A stretch of DNA of 64,000 nt from Promethearchaeota archaeon (GCA_048938105.1 JBHLMN010000018.1:32001-96000), one strand, 5' to 3'. Shown: positions 29,377 to 39,952, numbered from the stretch's first letter. Notes: a model not told the origin generated them from the letters alone. Numbers and translations: made by a program.

Positions 29377-30399
29377 TTAGATATAATGTAAAACGCCATT
29401 CTCGATTTTACCATTCTTAATAAGACCTGCACTTATTAAGCTTACAATGAAATCCTCTATCAACGTTTCAGAGATTCCGGTTTGAACTCTAGCCTCCCCA
29501 AGGTTTAATGGGGACTTTTTCTTATAAGATTGTACAATTAATTTTGCTAATGTTTGTCGTTTTGGAGTAAAGTGAAAATCTAGATATTCATCAACTTCAT
29601 CATAGGTTAGTTGATCGGTAAGGCGAATTCGATAGTGAATCCCTGTTTCTGCTTGTGATATCAAACCAATTTTAGAGAGCATTCTTTGAACAATTAGTTC
29701 ATCTGATATTATTTCTACTTTGTAGAGGGAACCTTTGGGCAATTGTCCTGTGAAATTCTTAACTTGATGAAGCAAATTAACTTTAAGAGAAGGTTTAACT
29801 TCTTCTCGTATTAAGACATTTATCTGTTTGTTTGGTTTGTCTACTAGCATAATTGGAGCACTTGCAGGAACGAGAGCGAGTTCTAAAAAAGGTTCAAATG
29901 TCTCTCTATCAGAAAGATAAAATGACTCAATACCTGTTTCAATGATCTGCAATTTTTCATCAATTTTTTCTAAGAATCCTTTTTCTTTTAGGTCTTCATC
30001 TGTACGTATCTTATACGACCGAATAGCTCTCCTTAAATTTTGCTTAAGAACGCCAACATATTTCACTGTGGAGCTTGAACGAGTTATAACCCAAAAAACG
30101 ACAATTCTTCCAAACTGAGCTATACGAACATCTTGAGAATCCACTGCTTTTAAAGTGAAAATGAATCCAATTGTTAAGAAAGGATCCCGAGGGGTTGGTA
30201 TTGGTCCATAAGAACGAATTTCCCCAACGCGAGGAATATCTGAACTCAATGCGGTTAAGGATTTAATTGCAAGATTGAATCCCTCTTCCTCGGATAAAGG
30301 AGAGGAATTATAGATGTTCTGAGGGCCAAAATCCTCAAAAATGGTTATTATCAATCCATCAGTGAGACTGGTACCTTTTAAAGCATCATTCTTTGACAT
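29377..30399 (-). CDS. Longin/uDENN domain protein with C-terminal PCI-like winged helix
   Basis: IITIFEDFGP, YGPIP.P, FIFTLK...D.R...FGR N-terminal pattern; C-terminal LNL...TGIS...IEDFIVSLISAGLIKNGKI. Confidence 0.65.
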   Translation of the reverse strand: MSKNDALKGTSLTDGLIITIFEDFGPQNIYNSSPLSEEEGFNLAIKSLTALSSDIPRVGEIRSYGPIPTPRDPFLTIGFIFTLKAVDSQDVRIAQFGRIVVFWVITRSSSTVKYVGVLKQNLRRAIRSYKIRTDEDLKEKGFLEKIDEKLQIIETGIESFYLSDRETFEPFLELALVPASAPIMLVDKPNKQINVLIREEVKPSLKVNLLHQVKNFTGQLPKGSLYKVEIISDELIVQRMLSKIGLISQAETGIHYRIRLTDQLTYDEVDEYLDFHFTPKRQTLAKLIVQSYKKKSPLNLGEARVQTGISETLIEDFIVSLISAGLIKNGKIENGVLHYI

Positions 30400-30476
30400 G
30401 TAAAATTGTCACCAAATCAGAAATTTTAATTTTCTATCTACTAATTAAAGTTCCTATCTGTTCACTATTGATATCG

Positions 30477-32366
30477 CTATTCTTCAGGTTGGTTATCTAA
30501 AACTTGTTGCATTAGCTGATTTACTCTTTTTATCATTTCGGTCGGATCCTGTAAAAGTCCTTCAGCTAGTTCTTGATTTTCCAGTAATTGAAAAGTACAT
30601 GTCTGAATGAGGGGAGAATCTGGTTCTTTTTCAAAAAGGGTTTTTAACAAAGTGATAAGAGAATGATTTGCATTTATTTCCATTATCTTTTTTTGAGGAA
30701 TATAGTTTTCTTCCATGTATTTTAGAACACGTGTAAAAGCAGAAGTTCCACTAGGATTCACAAGTCGACAAGGGCTATCTGTTAATAAATCTGTATAACA
30801 AATGTCTATTATCCGATCTCCCAATATTTCTTTCATGTGAGTAAGAAAAGAGTCTTTCTCAGACTCTTCTTCTTTCTTCTCTTTATCTACTTCTTCTTCC
30901 TCTTTAGCTTCAATAGGTTCAGCTTGATCAATGGGTTTGAATTTCTTTTCTTGAAACTCTTTGACATGCATCATTACAAAAGAATCAACAGGATCAGCGA
31001 AGAGAATGACTTCTTGATCCATCTTTTTGTAGTATTCTAAATGTGGGCTCCGCTTTAGAGTTGTTAAATTCTCACCAAGTAAATACAAAATCTCTTCCTG
31101 TTCTTTAGGCATATGTTTGATATATTCTGTCAAAGTGATAAGTTTGTCCTCTGATTTGGTAGTCTGAATTCGAAGAATCTTAAGTAATTTCTTTCTCCGC
31201 TTTTCATCTTGCGTTATCCCTTCTTTAATAAAGACCCCAAATTGATCCCACCATTCTAAATACTTATCTTCTTCCTCATCAGCAATTTTTTCGAGTTCAT
31301 CTAGTATTCGACCACTAAGAACCTTAGAAATCCTACGAATAGTTCGATCGACTTGAATTACCTCTCTTGAGACATTTAAAGGTAAATCTTCACTATCAAC
31401 GACACCAAAAACGAACCGTAAGTATTCAGGAAGTAAATCCTTTGCTTTTTCTTGAACAAGAATTTTTTTGCTATACAATCGAAGCCCATAATCTTGATAG
31501 CTGTAAGTCATCATCATACGGCTTCGTTGCTTTGGTAAGAACAGAAGTGCTCTGAATTGGATTGGCGCGTCAACACTTAACCTCACACGATGGAATGGTT
31601 CAGTCCAATCTAAACTCACTTGACGATAAAATTCGTTATATTCTTCCTCAGTAACTTCATCTTCTGATTGATGCCAGATAGGAATTTGACGATTCACAAT
31701 TTGATCATCATCAGCAATTCGGATAGGAAAACCAACGAAATCACTGTATTTTTTTACAATAGATTCAATCTTGAACTTATTAGCAAACTCTTTAGCATCA
31801 TCCTTCAGATGAAGAATAACATCAGTTCCTCTTTCAGGTTTATCACGGTAAGCCACATTGAAATTCCCCGATCCATCCGATCGCCATTCAACTCCTCGTG
31901 AATCTTCAGTATAAGAACGGGAACGTACAATTACCTCGTTTGATACAATAAAGGAACTATAAAATCCAACACCAAATTGTCCAATTAAATTTATAGCATC
32001 AGGAGATTCCTCTAATTGTTTTAGAAATTCCAGTGTGCCTGATTGAGCGATTGTCCCTAGGTTCATTTTAATCTCCTGATAGGTCATACCAATTCCTGTA
32101 TCTGAAACTGTTAATGTTCTCTCATCCTCATCGAATGTAATCCTAATACCAAGTTCAACATCAGGATCAATGATAGCCTCTTTGGTTTCAAGTTGAATAA
32201 TTCGCATTCGATTCAGAGCATCGGTAGAATTCGAAATTAATTCCCGCAGGAAAATTTCTCGATTTTTATACAACCGGTTTATCAGAATATCTAAAACTCG
32301 CTGAATTTCAGCTTGAAATTTAAATGTTCTTCCTTTAGAATCTTTTTTAGAGCTGTTTGTTGGCAC
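30477..32366 (-). CDS. htpG: Hsp90 chaperone HtpG
   Basis: FQAE, LYKNREIFLRELISN, DTGIGM, IGQFGVGFYS, GVVDSEDLPLNVSRE, MEINANH. Confidence 0.97.
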   Translation of the reverse strand: MPTNSSKKDSKGRTFKFQAEIQRVLDILINRLYKNREIFLRELISNSTDALNRMRIIQLETKEAIIDPDVELGIRITFDEDERTLTVSDTGIGMTYQEIKMNLGTIAQSGTLEFLKQLEESPDAINLIGQFGVGFYSSFIVSNEVIVRSRSYTEDSRGVEWRSDGSGNFNVAYRDKPERGTDVILHLKDDAKEFANKFKIESIVKKYSDFVGFPIRIADDDQIVNRQIPIWHQSEDEVTEEEYNEFYRQVSLDWTEPFHRVRLSVDAPIQFRALLFLPKQRSRMMMTYSYQDYGLRLYSKKILVQEKAKDLLPEYLRFVFGVVDSEDLPLNVSREVIQVDRTIRRISKVLSGRILDELEKIADEEEDKYLEWWDQFGVFIKEGITQDEKRRKKLLKILRIQTTKSEDKLITLTEYIKHMPKEQEEILYLLGENLTTLKRSPHLEYYKKMDQEVILFADPVDSFVMMHVKEFQEKKFKPIDQAEPIEAKEEEEVDKEKKEEESEKDSFLTHMKEILGDRIIDICYTDLLTDSPCRLVNPSGTSAFTRVLKYMEENYIPQKKIMEINANHSLITLLKTLFEKEPDSPLIQTCTFQLLENQELAEGLLQDPTEMIKRVNQLMQQVLDNQPEE

Positions 32367-32699
32367 TTCTCATACAATCCTTAAGATTTTTCTTTTAAGA
32401 AAGGATTTAAAGCCCGTTAAAATCTCCTCAAGAAATATTCTAATCTTTTATCATCTTATTACTTATTATAAAGAAATTATTCTTAAAACAGGATTTTCAT
32501 AATTTAATCTAATTTCTTCATGATAACTATCCAATGTTCAGTACTATTATTCTTTCAGAAGGGGTTAATCTAAAATTTGATATTCGGTTTCTTCTTAAAA
32601 TCAAATTTAAAAAGAAAAAGAATGAGCATTCCAACACATACACTCATTGATAAAGAAGGAACATTAGCTTTAATTTGAAGGGTTAGATAACAAAGGAAT

Positions 32700-33527
32700 C
32701 TAGAGTGTTAATCTGCTACTCTTATTCGGTATTTCAGTTGTACTTCTATAAAGTTGGGATTTTTTTTGGTAATATTGGCTTATATACCATCTATAAAAGA
32801 GAATTAGGATTTCTTTACCAATATAAAAAACAGAATTTCGAGTTAAGTTCGTTTCTCTCGCATCTGGGTTTATTATAATAGGTAATTCAACCACTTGATA
32901 TTTTCGCCAGATTAGATATAACAATAATTCCAGATCAAACGTCCAATGGTCAATATTCATGACAGGAAGAGCTGCAGATAAAACTTTTCTTTTAAAAACC
33001 TTTAATCCGACTTGTGTATCTTTTATTTTCAACCATGGGAATAAAAATCGAACTAGACAGATGAAGCCCGCAGATAAAAACGATCGATGTGATGACCACT
33101 TAAGTCGACTACCAAACTCCCTTTTACTTCCAATAACTCCATCAACATCCATCTCTATCAATTGCTTGTAGTACTTCGATATTTGAACAGCTGGTATATC
33201 CAAATCCCCATCAACGAAAGCTATACACTCGCTTTGGGTTTTTTCAAATCCTTTTCGAATAGCATAACCCTTACCACCATTATTTTTGTAATGAATGATT
33301 TTAAGATGTTGTAAAGATTTAATTTTTCGTTCTTGTAGTCTTTCTAAAGTATTGTCGATCGAACCGTCATCAATGACAACGATTTCATAATCTATATGAG
33401 CCTTGGATAACTCAGATTCCAATCTATCAATTGCTTTTTCTATGTGTTTTCCTTTATTAAATACTGGGATAATAACTGATAGATTGGGCATCTTTTCCTG
33501 CATTCCAGTCTGTGTAATTTCGAACAT
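32700..33527 (-). CDS. GT2 glycosyltransferase (polyprenol-phosphate hexose synthase-like)
   Basis: VIIPVFN, IDDGSID, N.GKG.A, DGD, GSKR, DTQVGLK, FDLELL. Confidence 0.9.
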   Translation of the reverse strand: MFEITQTGMQEKMPNLSVIIPVFNKGKHIEKAIDRLESELSKAHIDYEIVVIDDGSIDNTLERLQERKIKSLQHLKIIHYKNNGGKGYAIRKGFEKTQSECIAFVDGDLDIPAVQISKYYKQLIEMDVDGVIGSKREFGSRLKWSSHRSFLSAGFICLVRFLFPWLKIKDTQVGLKVFKRKVLSAALPVMNIDHWTFDLELLLYLIWRKYQVVELPIIINPDARETNLTRNSVFYIGKEILILFYRWYISQYYQKKSQLYRSTTEIPNKSSRLTL

Positions 33528-33777
33528 CTATATGCTTATCCATGTTGGATTAAACTTGACTTTCATAACTTACCTCTTGTTTAAGAACATTTTCAAATGA
33601 ATCTTATCAACACTTTTTCGATGAAAGAATACCTTTGAAGTGTTAAATCGTTTAATTAAAGAAAGATTCTTTGATAGTTATCAAAAACCACGAAAATAAG
33701 AAAGTACCAAAATGATTATTCTTTTGTACATTTAAGAAGAATTTAGGGAAAAAAGAACTCCAATGATTAGCTTATCG

Positions 33778-34845
33778 TCATAGTTTCCGATTTTTCTTAT
33801 AATATCTTTCTTGCGCTTTTATCAAAGCTTCTTCAAACTTTGAATAATCTAAGTCAACCTCATCAAAGAGACTTTTAATTATCTCCTCAGGAACAAACTC
33901 TTCTACTTCTAATCTTTCTAATGCTACTTCTCGGCTTATTTGATTGTCCCTAGTTAATATACTTAAATTATCTACCTTGTCATTAAACCCAAGTACTTTT
34001 TTATAGATATATAATTTTAATTGAGCAATATTGCAATCTGCTCTCCAAAAAGATTCAAGGAGGGGATTCTTTTTCCAGTTTAATTCCTTTTTGATAGTTG
34101 AAATTACATCTTTCTCCACCCATCTTGTATAGTCAAAAAACGGTCGAACCTTTAATAAACCGTATCTTTTAACCAGTTTTTTCTCATAAAAGAAGTAGAA
34201 ATATTCCTTAAACTGTGTACTGAAATAGGTGTAATTTAAAACCCATCTTGGGTTTCTAATTACATTTTTTATATAGTTTTTTTTGGAAAAAAGAAGGAAT
34301 TTATATTCAGGATGTTCAAATGGTTCTCCTCCCATGACAACCACCGGAATCTTCTTTTTCTTTGCATATCGAAATACCATTATTGGAGTAAGTCTACAAC
34401 CTGTGCAGAATGATTCAACCATTTCAACTGTAGGCCTTTTCATCCATGTTGACATTGTGTGTTTAAAACATCTTTTTAGATACTCATTCTTTTCTATTAC
34501 AAGTTTAACATTTAATATATCTGTTCCAACATCCCTATTTTTTAAGGCCTGTTCCGGGATAAAATCAGCTTCAATGGAATAAGCTAGTACTCTTAAATTT
34601 ATCACCTTAGTAAGATAATATAATAAATATGCACTATCTTTTCCACCACTATAACCAATTATACAATCATAATCTTGGTTTCTATCTTTTTTAATTTTAT
34701 GAAACTTCTCTATTTCCTCTCTACAAGCTTCATCTCCAAGATAATTAAGTTTTTTGTGATTAATACAATGATTGCAAACACCCTCTTCATTAAATGTTAT
34801 CTTTGGATAAGTTACTGGCAGGATACATTTTGTACATCGTTTCAT
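33778..34845 (-). CDS. N-acetyl-sugar amidotransferase (WbpG/PseA-like PP-loop ATPase)
   Basis: N-terminal CTKC...CNHC, YDCIIGYSGGKDS, C.GC, R..QISRE.AL. Confidence 0.85.
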   Translation of the reverse strand: MKRCTKCILPVTYPKITFNEEGVCNHCINHKKLNYLGDEACREEIEKFHKIKKDRNQDYDCIIGYSGGKDSAYLLYYLTKVINLRVLAYSIEADFIPEQALKNRDVGTDILNVKLVIEKNEYLKRCFKHTMSTWMKRPTVEMVESFCTGCRLTPIMVFRYAKKKKIPVVVMGGEPFEHPEYKFLLFSKKNYIKNVIRNPRWVLNYTYFSTQFKEYFYFFYEKKLVKRYGLLKVRPFFDYTRWVEKDVISTIKKELNWKKNPLLESFWRADCNIAQLKLYIYKKVLGFNDKVDNLSILTRDNQISREVALERLEVEEFVPEEIIKSLFDEVDLDYSKFEEALIKAQERYYKKNRKL

Positions 34846-34865
34846 CTGTAATTTCCTCTGATAAA

Positions 34866-34914
34866 GATGGCCTCATGTGGTTCCTACATAGATGAACCAT
34901 ACTTGGAGGCCATC
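34866..34914. promoter_or_regulatory. GC-rich stem-loop just upstream of the amidotransferase gene
   Basis: GATGGCCTC/GAGGCCATC perfect 9-bp arms plus an inner TGTGGTTC/GAACCATA stem. Confidence 0.5.
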
Positions 34915-35347
34915 ATGTTTGGGTTTTGTATTTACTCGGTTTTTGGGTCAATTATTGAAGTAAATTTACCAATTGCAAATTATTCTTCTATCATAATGGA
35001 CTTTCTGATTTGATTTCGTTTTAAAATTCACTTCAAGGTTGTTAGATCAATGTATAAATAGTCTAAGTGTTACCTTGGGAACCAAAAATTCGATTCTAGC
35101 ATTCTATCTCCTGATTTATTTATGTTTTCAAATAAATCTCCTTTTATTTTACTCTAGATTTTTTAACAAAGACAATACACAAAATTTATCTTGCATTATG
35201 AATTGTTTTATTAACTATTGTTCTTTAAATTTTCTTTCCTCTTGTTTGCGTTTTTAGTAGATTTATTTGTAATAACAACATAAAAGATGATTTCCCAAAA
35301 ACTATAGAATAAAAAAAAGCTAAATTCTGTACTAAAATGAATTAATT

Positions 35348-36487
35348 TCACTCATCGGTTTTTAAAAGGAGACTTATAACTTTTAAATAAGATCTGGCCG
35401 CATTATCCCATGATAATGATAAAGCATAACGTCTTGCATTTTTTGCCATCCCTTCTAATTTATCAGGTTGCTTAAATATATGAATCACAGCCTGTGCTAG
35501 CTCTTTAGGATCTCTTCTCTTAACTAATAACCCTGTTTCACCATTTATGATAGAATCGCGTAACCCAGGCACTTCATAACCAACAGCTATGGTCAATGTT
35601 ATATTTGCTTCAATTACAACTAATCCCCAACCTTCTCTGATAGAAGTTGTCAAAAGAATATGTGCTTTGGAAAGAAGGTTATACTTTTCTTCTTCCGATA
35701 AAAAACCATAAAATGCAATAGCTGATTTTAAACCTAATTTTTTTACCAAGTTTCGAAGGTGTTTTTCATACTGAGGGGTACCTCGACCAACAATCATCAT
35801 TTTAGCTTCTGTTAATTCTTTTTTAATGAAATAAAAAGCTAAAATACTTTCTTCAACTCGTTTCTGTCCAGTTAAACGGCCTAACGAGATTACAGTTGGA
35901 ACTTTTGATTTTCTTATTTCTGGGAGTATTATCGGAGTAGAGAACCCAGATCTTATTACAACTACATTTTTATTATAAAAACCAAGTTTCATAAGATCCT
36001 GTTTAGTACTGAAAGAAACGGCAATTGCGGGAATTCTCGTGGATAATTTTAATAAGACAGGTTCCAACCAGAAAGCTAGAATAGCGAGAGGTTTGGGGAT
36101 CTCATAAAATAAGACAGAATTATTGAGAGACCCATTTGGGTAATCACGCCCTGTTTGATGAAAAAGCAGTAAAATCGGGGTGTTTAGAAAGAAAGATGCA
36201 AACCAAGGGATACCTGCAGTTTGTGCTTCAATAACAATATCAAATCTATTTTTAAAGATTCTATGATACAACCAGAAAAAAAAACGCACTGAAAGATCAT
36301 TACCATATCTAAAAATCATTAAATTCTTTCTTTTAACCACTCTTTCCCCTCCAGAAAATGTTGATGTGAAAAGGACAATTTTATGCCCCCAACTAACCCA
36401 TCGATGAATTAATTCATGTACAACTACTTCTGCTCCTCCTGCCTTAGGATTAGCATTATCCCGCCAATTTAAAATAAGTATTTTCAC
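35348..36487 (-). CDS. GT4 glycosyltransferase
   Basis: WRD..NP.AGGAE, GRL..QK, EGWGLVVIEA. Confidence 0.93.
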   Translation of the reverse strand: MKILILNWRDNANPKAGGAEVVVHELIHRWVSWGHKIVLFTSTFSGGERVVKRKNLMIFRYGNDLSVRFFFWLYHRIFKNRFDIVIEAQTAGIPWFASFFLNTPILLLFHQTGRDYPNGSLNNSVLFYEIPKPLAILAFWLEPVLLKLSTRIPAIAVSFSTKQDLMKLGFYNKNVVVIRSGFSTPIILPEIRKSKVPTVISLGRLTGQKRVEESILAFYFIKKELTEAKMMIVGRGTPQYEKHLRNLVKKLGLKSAIAFYGFLSEEEKYNLLSKAHILLTTSIREGWGLVVIEANITLTIAVGYEVPGLRDSIINGETGLLVKRRDPKELAQAVIHIFKQPDKLEGMAKNARRYALSLSWDNAARSYLKVISLLLKTDE

Positions 36488-36492
36488 CTAAA

Positions 36493-36780
36493 TCAACTTG
36501 AAAGATTGTCAATATTTTGGGTACTGTCGTGGGTATCATTTAATTCGGTTGATGTTCCATGGTATAAAATTACTAAAGTAAATCCGATAATGAAGAATAA
36601 TACTCCCAACAAACTAAGCTCATCCTTTAGAATTGGAATACTAAGATAATTTACGACTGGATCTGCTAACAATAAAAGAGAAGCAGTTATAAATGCCCAT
36701 TTGTATCTCAATTTGTAATACCAAAAGATCAGAATATAACAAATTGAAACCAAAAAGAAAAAGATACTAAGCTCGCTCAT
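36493..36780 (-). CDS. Small 3-TM membrane protein coupled to the GT-C-like gene
   Basis: Hydrophobic 95 aa; overlaps the upstream gene by 14 bp. Confidence 0.7.
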   Translation of the reverse strand: MSELSIFFFLVSICYILIFWYYKLRYKWAFITASLLLLADPVVNYLSIPILKDELSLLGVLFFIIGFTLVILYHGTSTELNDTHDSTQNIDNLSS

Positions 36781-39700
36781 TTTTGTTCATCTGGAAGATT
36801 TTTTGAAATAATTTCAGAATTTTTTCATGATAGAGAATTACAAAACCAATGATTGATCCAATGATGAATAATAGAGAAATAAAAGATCCATAATTGAAAA
36901 AATATTCAGGAAAAAAAACTATTCTTAGATTCAATGGATTAATGGATCCTTTGTCTTCTATATTGATAATGTATCCAAGATTTGCACCATTCATGATAAT
37001 TGGATCATGATATTTTCCATTTAATTCTAGCTTCCAAAATTCATTGTAATTCTTTGCTATCCATAAAAAGAAAGGTTTCAAGGCTTTGATTTGAATATCA
37101 ATTTGTACTGATTTTATTATATACTGAAAATCAATATCTTTAGTGTTATTTAAGATAGATCTGAGAGTTTCAGAATCATTACTAACGGAATATAACCATA
37201 AGAAAGATTGGGTTGTTGAATCCGTACTTTGATTGGTTGTTACTGTAATATTAATAGTTGATTGATTGAGTTGTAGATTATTCGAGGTTTTCCAGGGAGT
37301 TTGGGATTCATTTGATAATAGAATTTTCTTTTTATTAATATATATTTGAGGATTTCTAGCACTATTATGAGAAATCCGAAAAATCCCCTTATGTAATATT
37401 TTAAGTTCAAAAGTTTGATTAATATTAGAATTAGGAATAGGACAATAGATTATTATGGGATATTTGTTCAATAGAACATTTGCTTTTGATAGTAAATCGC
37501 TATATTGGTCACTTGGGACAAGTACGAGACTATCTAAGACATTTAGGCCAAATTCATTACAGAATTGAATTTTATACAATCCTTCTGTTAAATTTATGCT
37601 TTTATGAACCCAATTAAATGAAGCCTTTTTTTCAGTAATAGTATTAAATTGAAAAGACATTATTTCATCATTTGAGCCATTAGTTATGCTAACATTAATT
37701 AACCCACCAGCTTGAGAATCCAATTTTCTTAAAAAAAACTCCCATTGCTTTTTTTGAGTGCAGCGAAAGTTGAGAGTGAGTACTGAATTATCATCTTCAG
37801 AAACTACTCCTGAAACTCCAAAGGGGATGTCCCAAATAGATAAATCCCATTCATCAATAATATCTATATTCTCTAAATCAATACTTTCCCATTCTTCGTT
37901 TCCATAATCCCCTAAGGACAAGAGTTCTACATCATTAGGATTGAGAAAGATTATATCTTCAAGTGAAGTACTATAATCTGCTAGTATTCGTAATTGAAGG
38001 CCGTTTAAATCGCTGTATATTTCCTTGTTTTGTTTTGCAAAAATTAGGGGGTAATTGAATGGATTATAAGAATCGATATTATCCAAAGCTTCTAGAGCCT
38101 GGAAACCATTTATTACCCATAAAACAGATTCTGTACAACCAACAATTCTCTTAAAATTCGTATTTTCAAATACGTTGAGAAAACCAAAATCCTTCTCAAC
38201 AAGTTGAAGATCCTGTTGAGATAAAAGGTTATTCTTTAGATAAGCTAATTGACTTTTTTTCTCTGGAATGTCATTATGAAGAATGACATATTTAATTCCA
38301 AGAAGAGTAAGATATTTTCCTAATTGTTTAGTTTTATTCATTAATAAATTCCCAAAATTTAGATCTGTACTCAAAAAGAATTCCGCTAAATATTTAGCTG
38401 GCTTATTGGGAGAAATAACTGGTTTTGGGAAATTCACTGTAATAAAGCTAGAAATTGATCTGTTTAAATTCCAATCAACCAGATTACCAAGGTATCCTGG
38501 AACCCACAATACGTTAAAATGTTCATTCTGATCTTTTAACCATTTCTCAAGACGCTCAATTTCTGTAGGAAGTTTAACTGGTTCTAGAGTTCCGTTAAAA
38601 TCTCCCGTAGCTAGAGGCCAAGCAGCTAATATTTGTAAAAAGATAAGTATCCCAAAAAAGGATAATTTTAATCCCTTTATCCATTGACTTTGTTGTCTAC
38701 TTCTAAGTAGGTTTTTTGTATATATTTTGATTTGGATGACAATATTTGGTGTTGAATAACCAACTAATACCGCTACTGCTAATAATAGGAGAACTTGGTA
38801 TTTTGGTGATCTAAAAGCCCAAGCATAATACTCATTAAAAGGGATATCGGCTAAAAAGAATGAAAACAGATCTTCATTAATAAATGGAGTTATAAGAATA
38901 AAAAAAACAACTATTGTAAAGAGTGAGAAGAATATAACGTAAGAATCTTTGGGATGAAAACTCAGAGCCATTATTGCTAGGGCAAAAGCAATAATGGAAG
39001 CAAAAAGAAATAACAAAAAAACAACATTTGAATTTAAAATTAAATTGGAAGTCATATATTTTCCATCTATTAACCAGTTTCCCATAAATCTGACGATTCT
39101 TGATGGAATTGCATTTCGATATAATAATTCGAAAATTTCTTCTATAGGTTGACTATAAAGTGAAACTCCACCCATTAATGCACCTGGAAGAAACCAAAAA
39201 GAAGTATAACCAATGAAAAAAATTAATAATAAAATTAAATAGCTCAAAGAGATCTTAATCTTTTGTAGAATAATTTTCATTTGCATTCCATTCTTCCTGA
39301 TCTCACGAAATGTCCAGAAAAAAGTAAATGATAGAAAAAAGACTGGGCCATATATTATCCAATGCGCTGAACAAGTTATTAAAGCCCAAAGTACGGCTGA
39401 TAATGCTATAAACCGTTTTTGTTGGGTCTCAAACGCTTTAAAGAATGTTAAAGCCATGAATGGAAGGATTCCATGAGAAACTCGAATAAAAAGATGAGTT
39501 GCTTGTCCTACAACAAAGGGAGACCACATGTAGACGAAACCAGCAAAAAACGCTCCCCATATATTTTCGCTTACTATTCTAGGATTGTTTTGTCTCCAAC
39601 AAAAAATACAGAGAGAGTAAATTCCAAATCCCGCAAATGTACTGAAAAATATACTAAGCCAACCTAATGTTTGTTGAGTGGTTAAATGCAAAAAAGACCC

Positions 39701-39952
39701 ATAAAAATACGCTATGAGAATTAATGGTAATTGAGGAAGGCGCTCGATTGTCGAAGAATCTAAAATATCATTCCAAATGGGGTAATACATCTTAATAAGC
39801 CCAGAGGGCATTTGGTGAAAATAAAAATCGGCATTAATAGAAAGACCATCCAAAAACACCATTTTCCAGAATATAACAATTGAAAACATAAAATAAGCAA
39901 GAAAAGGGATTACATGGTTCATTACAAGGTTTTTCTTTCGAGTACTCAGCAT
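36767..39952 (-). CDS. Large polytopic GT-C-like protein (AftD/DUF3367/YfhO-like) with extracellular domains
   Basis: About 12 N-terminal TMs (P.WN, AFRSP.K, WPLATGD, LWVP, LGIKYVILHND), beta-rich ectodomain and C-terminal TM. Confidence 0.7.
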   Translation of the reverse strand: MLSTRKKNLVMNHVIPFLAYFMFSIVIFWKMVFLDGLSINADFYFHQMPSGLIKMYYPIWNDILDSSTIERLPQLPLILIAYFYGSFLHLTTQQTLGWLSIFFSTFAGFGIYSLCIFCWRQNNPRIVSENIWGAFFAGFVYMWSPFVVGQATHLFIRVSHGILPFMALTFFKAFETQQKRFIALSAVLWALITCSAHWIIYGPVFFLSFTFFWTFREIRKNGMQMKIILQKIKISLSYLILLLIFFIGYTSFWFLPGALMGGVSLYSQPIEEIFELLYRNAIPSRIVRFMGNWLIDGKYMTSNLILNSNVVFLLFLFASIIAFALAIMALSFHPKDSYVIFFSLFTIVVFFILITPFINEDLFSFFLADIPFNEYYAWAFRSPKYQVLLLLAVAVLVGYSTPNIVIQIKIYTKNLLRSRQQSQWIKGLKLSFFGILIFLQILAAWPLATGDFNGTLEPVKLPTEIERLEKWLKDQNEHFNVLWVPGYLGNLVDWNLNRSISSFITVNFPKPVISPNKPAKYLAEFFLSTDLNFGNLLMNKTKQLGKYLTLLGIKYVILHNDIPEKKSQLAYLKNNLLSQQDLQLVEKDFGFLNVFENTNFKRIVGCTESVLWVINGFQALEALDNIDSYNPFNYPLIFAKQNKEIYSDLNGLQLRILADYSTSLEDIIFLNPNDVELLSLGDYGNEEWESIDLENIDIIDEWDLSIWDIPFGVSGVVSEDDNSVLTLNFRCTQKKQWEFFLRKLDSQAGGLINVSITNGSNDEIMSFQFNTITEKKASFNWVHKSINLTEGLYKIQFCNEFGLNVLDSLVLVPSDQYSDLLSKANVLLNKYPIIIYCPIPNSNINQTFELKILHKGIFRISHNSARNPQIYINKKKILLSNESQTPWKTSNNLQLNQSTINITVTTNQSTDSTTQSFLWLYSVSNDSETLRSILNNTKDIDFQYIIKSVQIDIQIKALKPFFLWIAKNYNEFWKLELNGKYHDPIIMNGANLGYIINIEDKGSINPLNLRIVFFPEYFFNYGSFISLLFIIGSIIGFVILYHEKILKLFQKIFQMNKNERA

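Noticed and set aside
35039-35257. 72-aa plus-strand ORF in an AT-rich intergenic region
   Set aside because: Low-complexity composition, opposite strand to the operon, no motif
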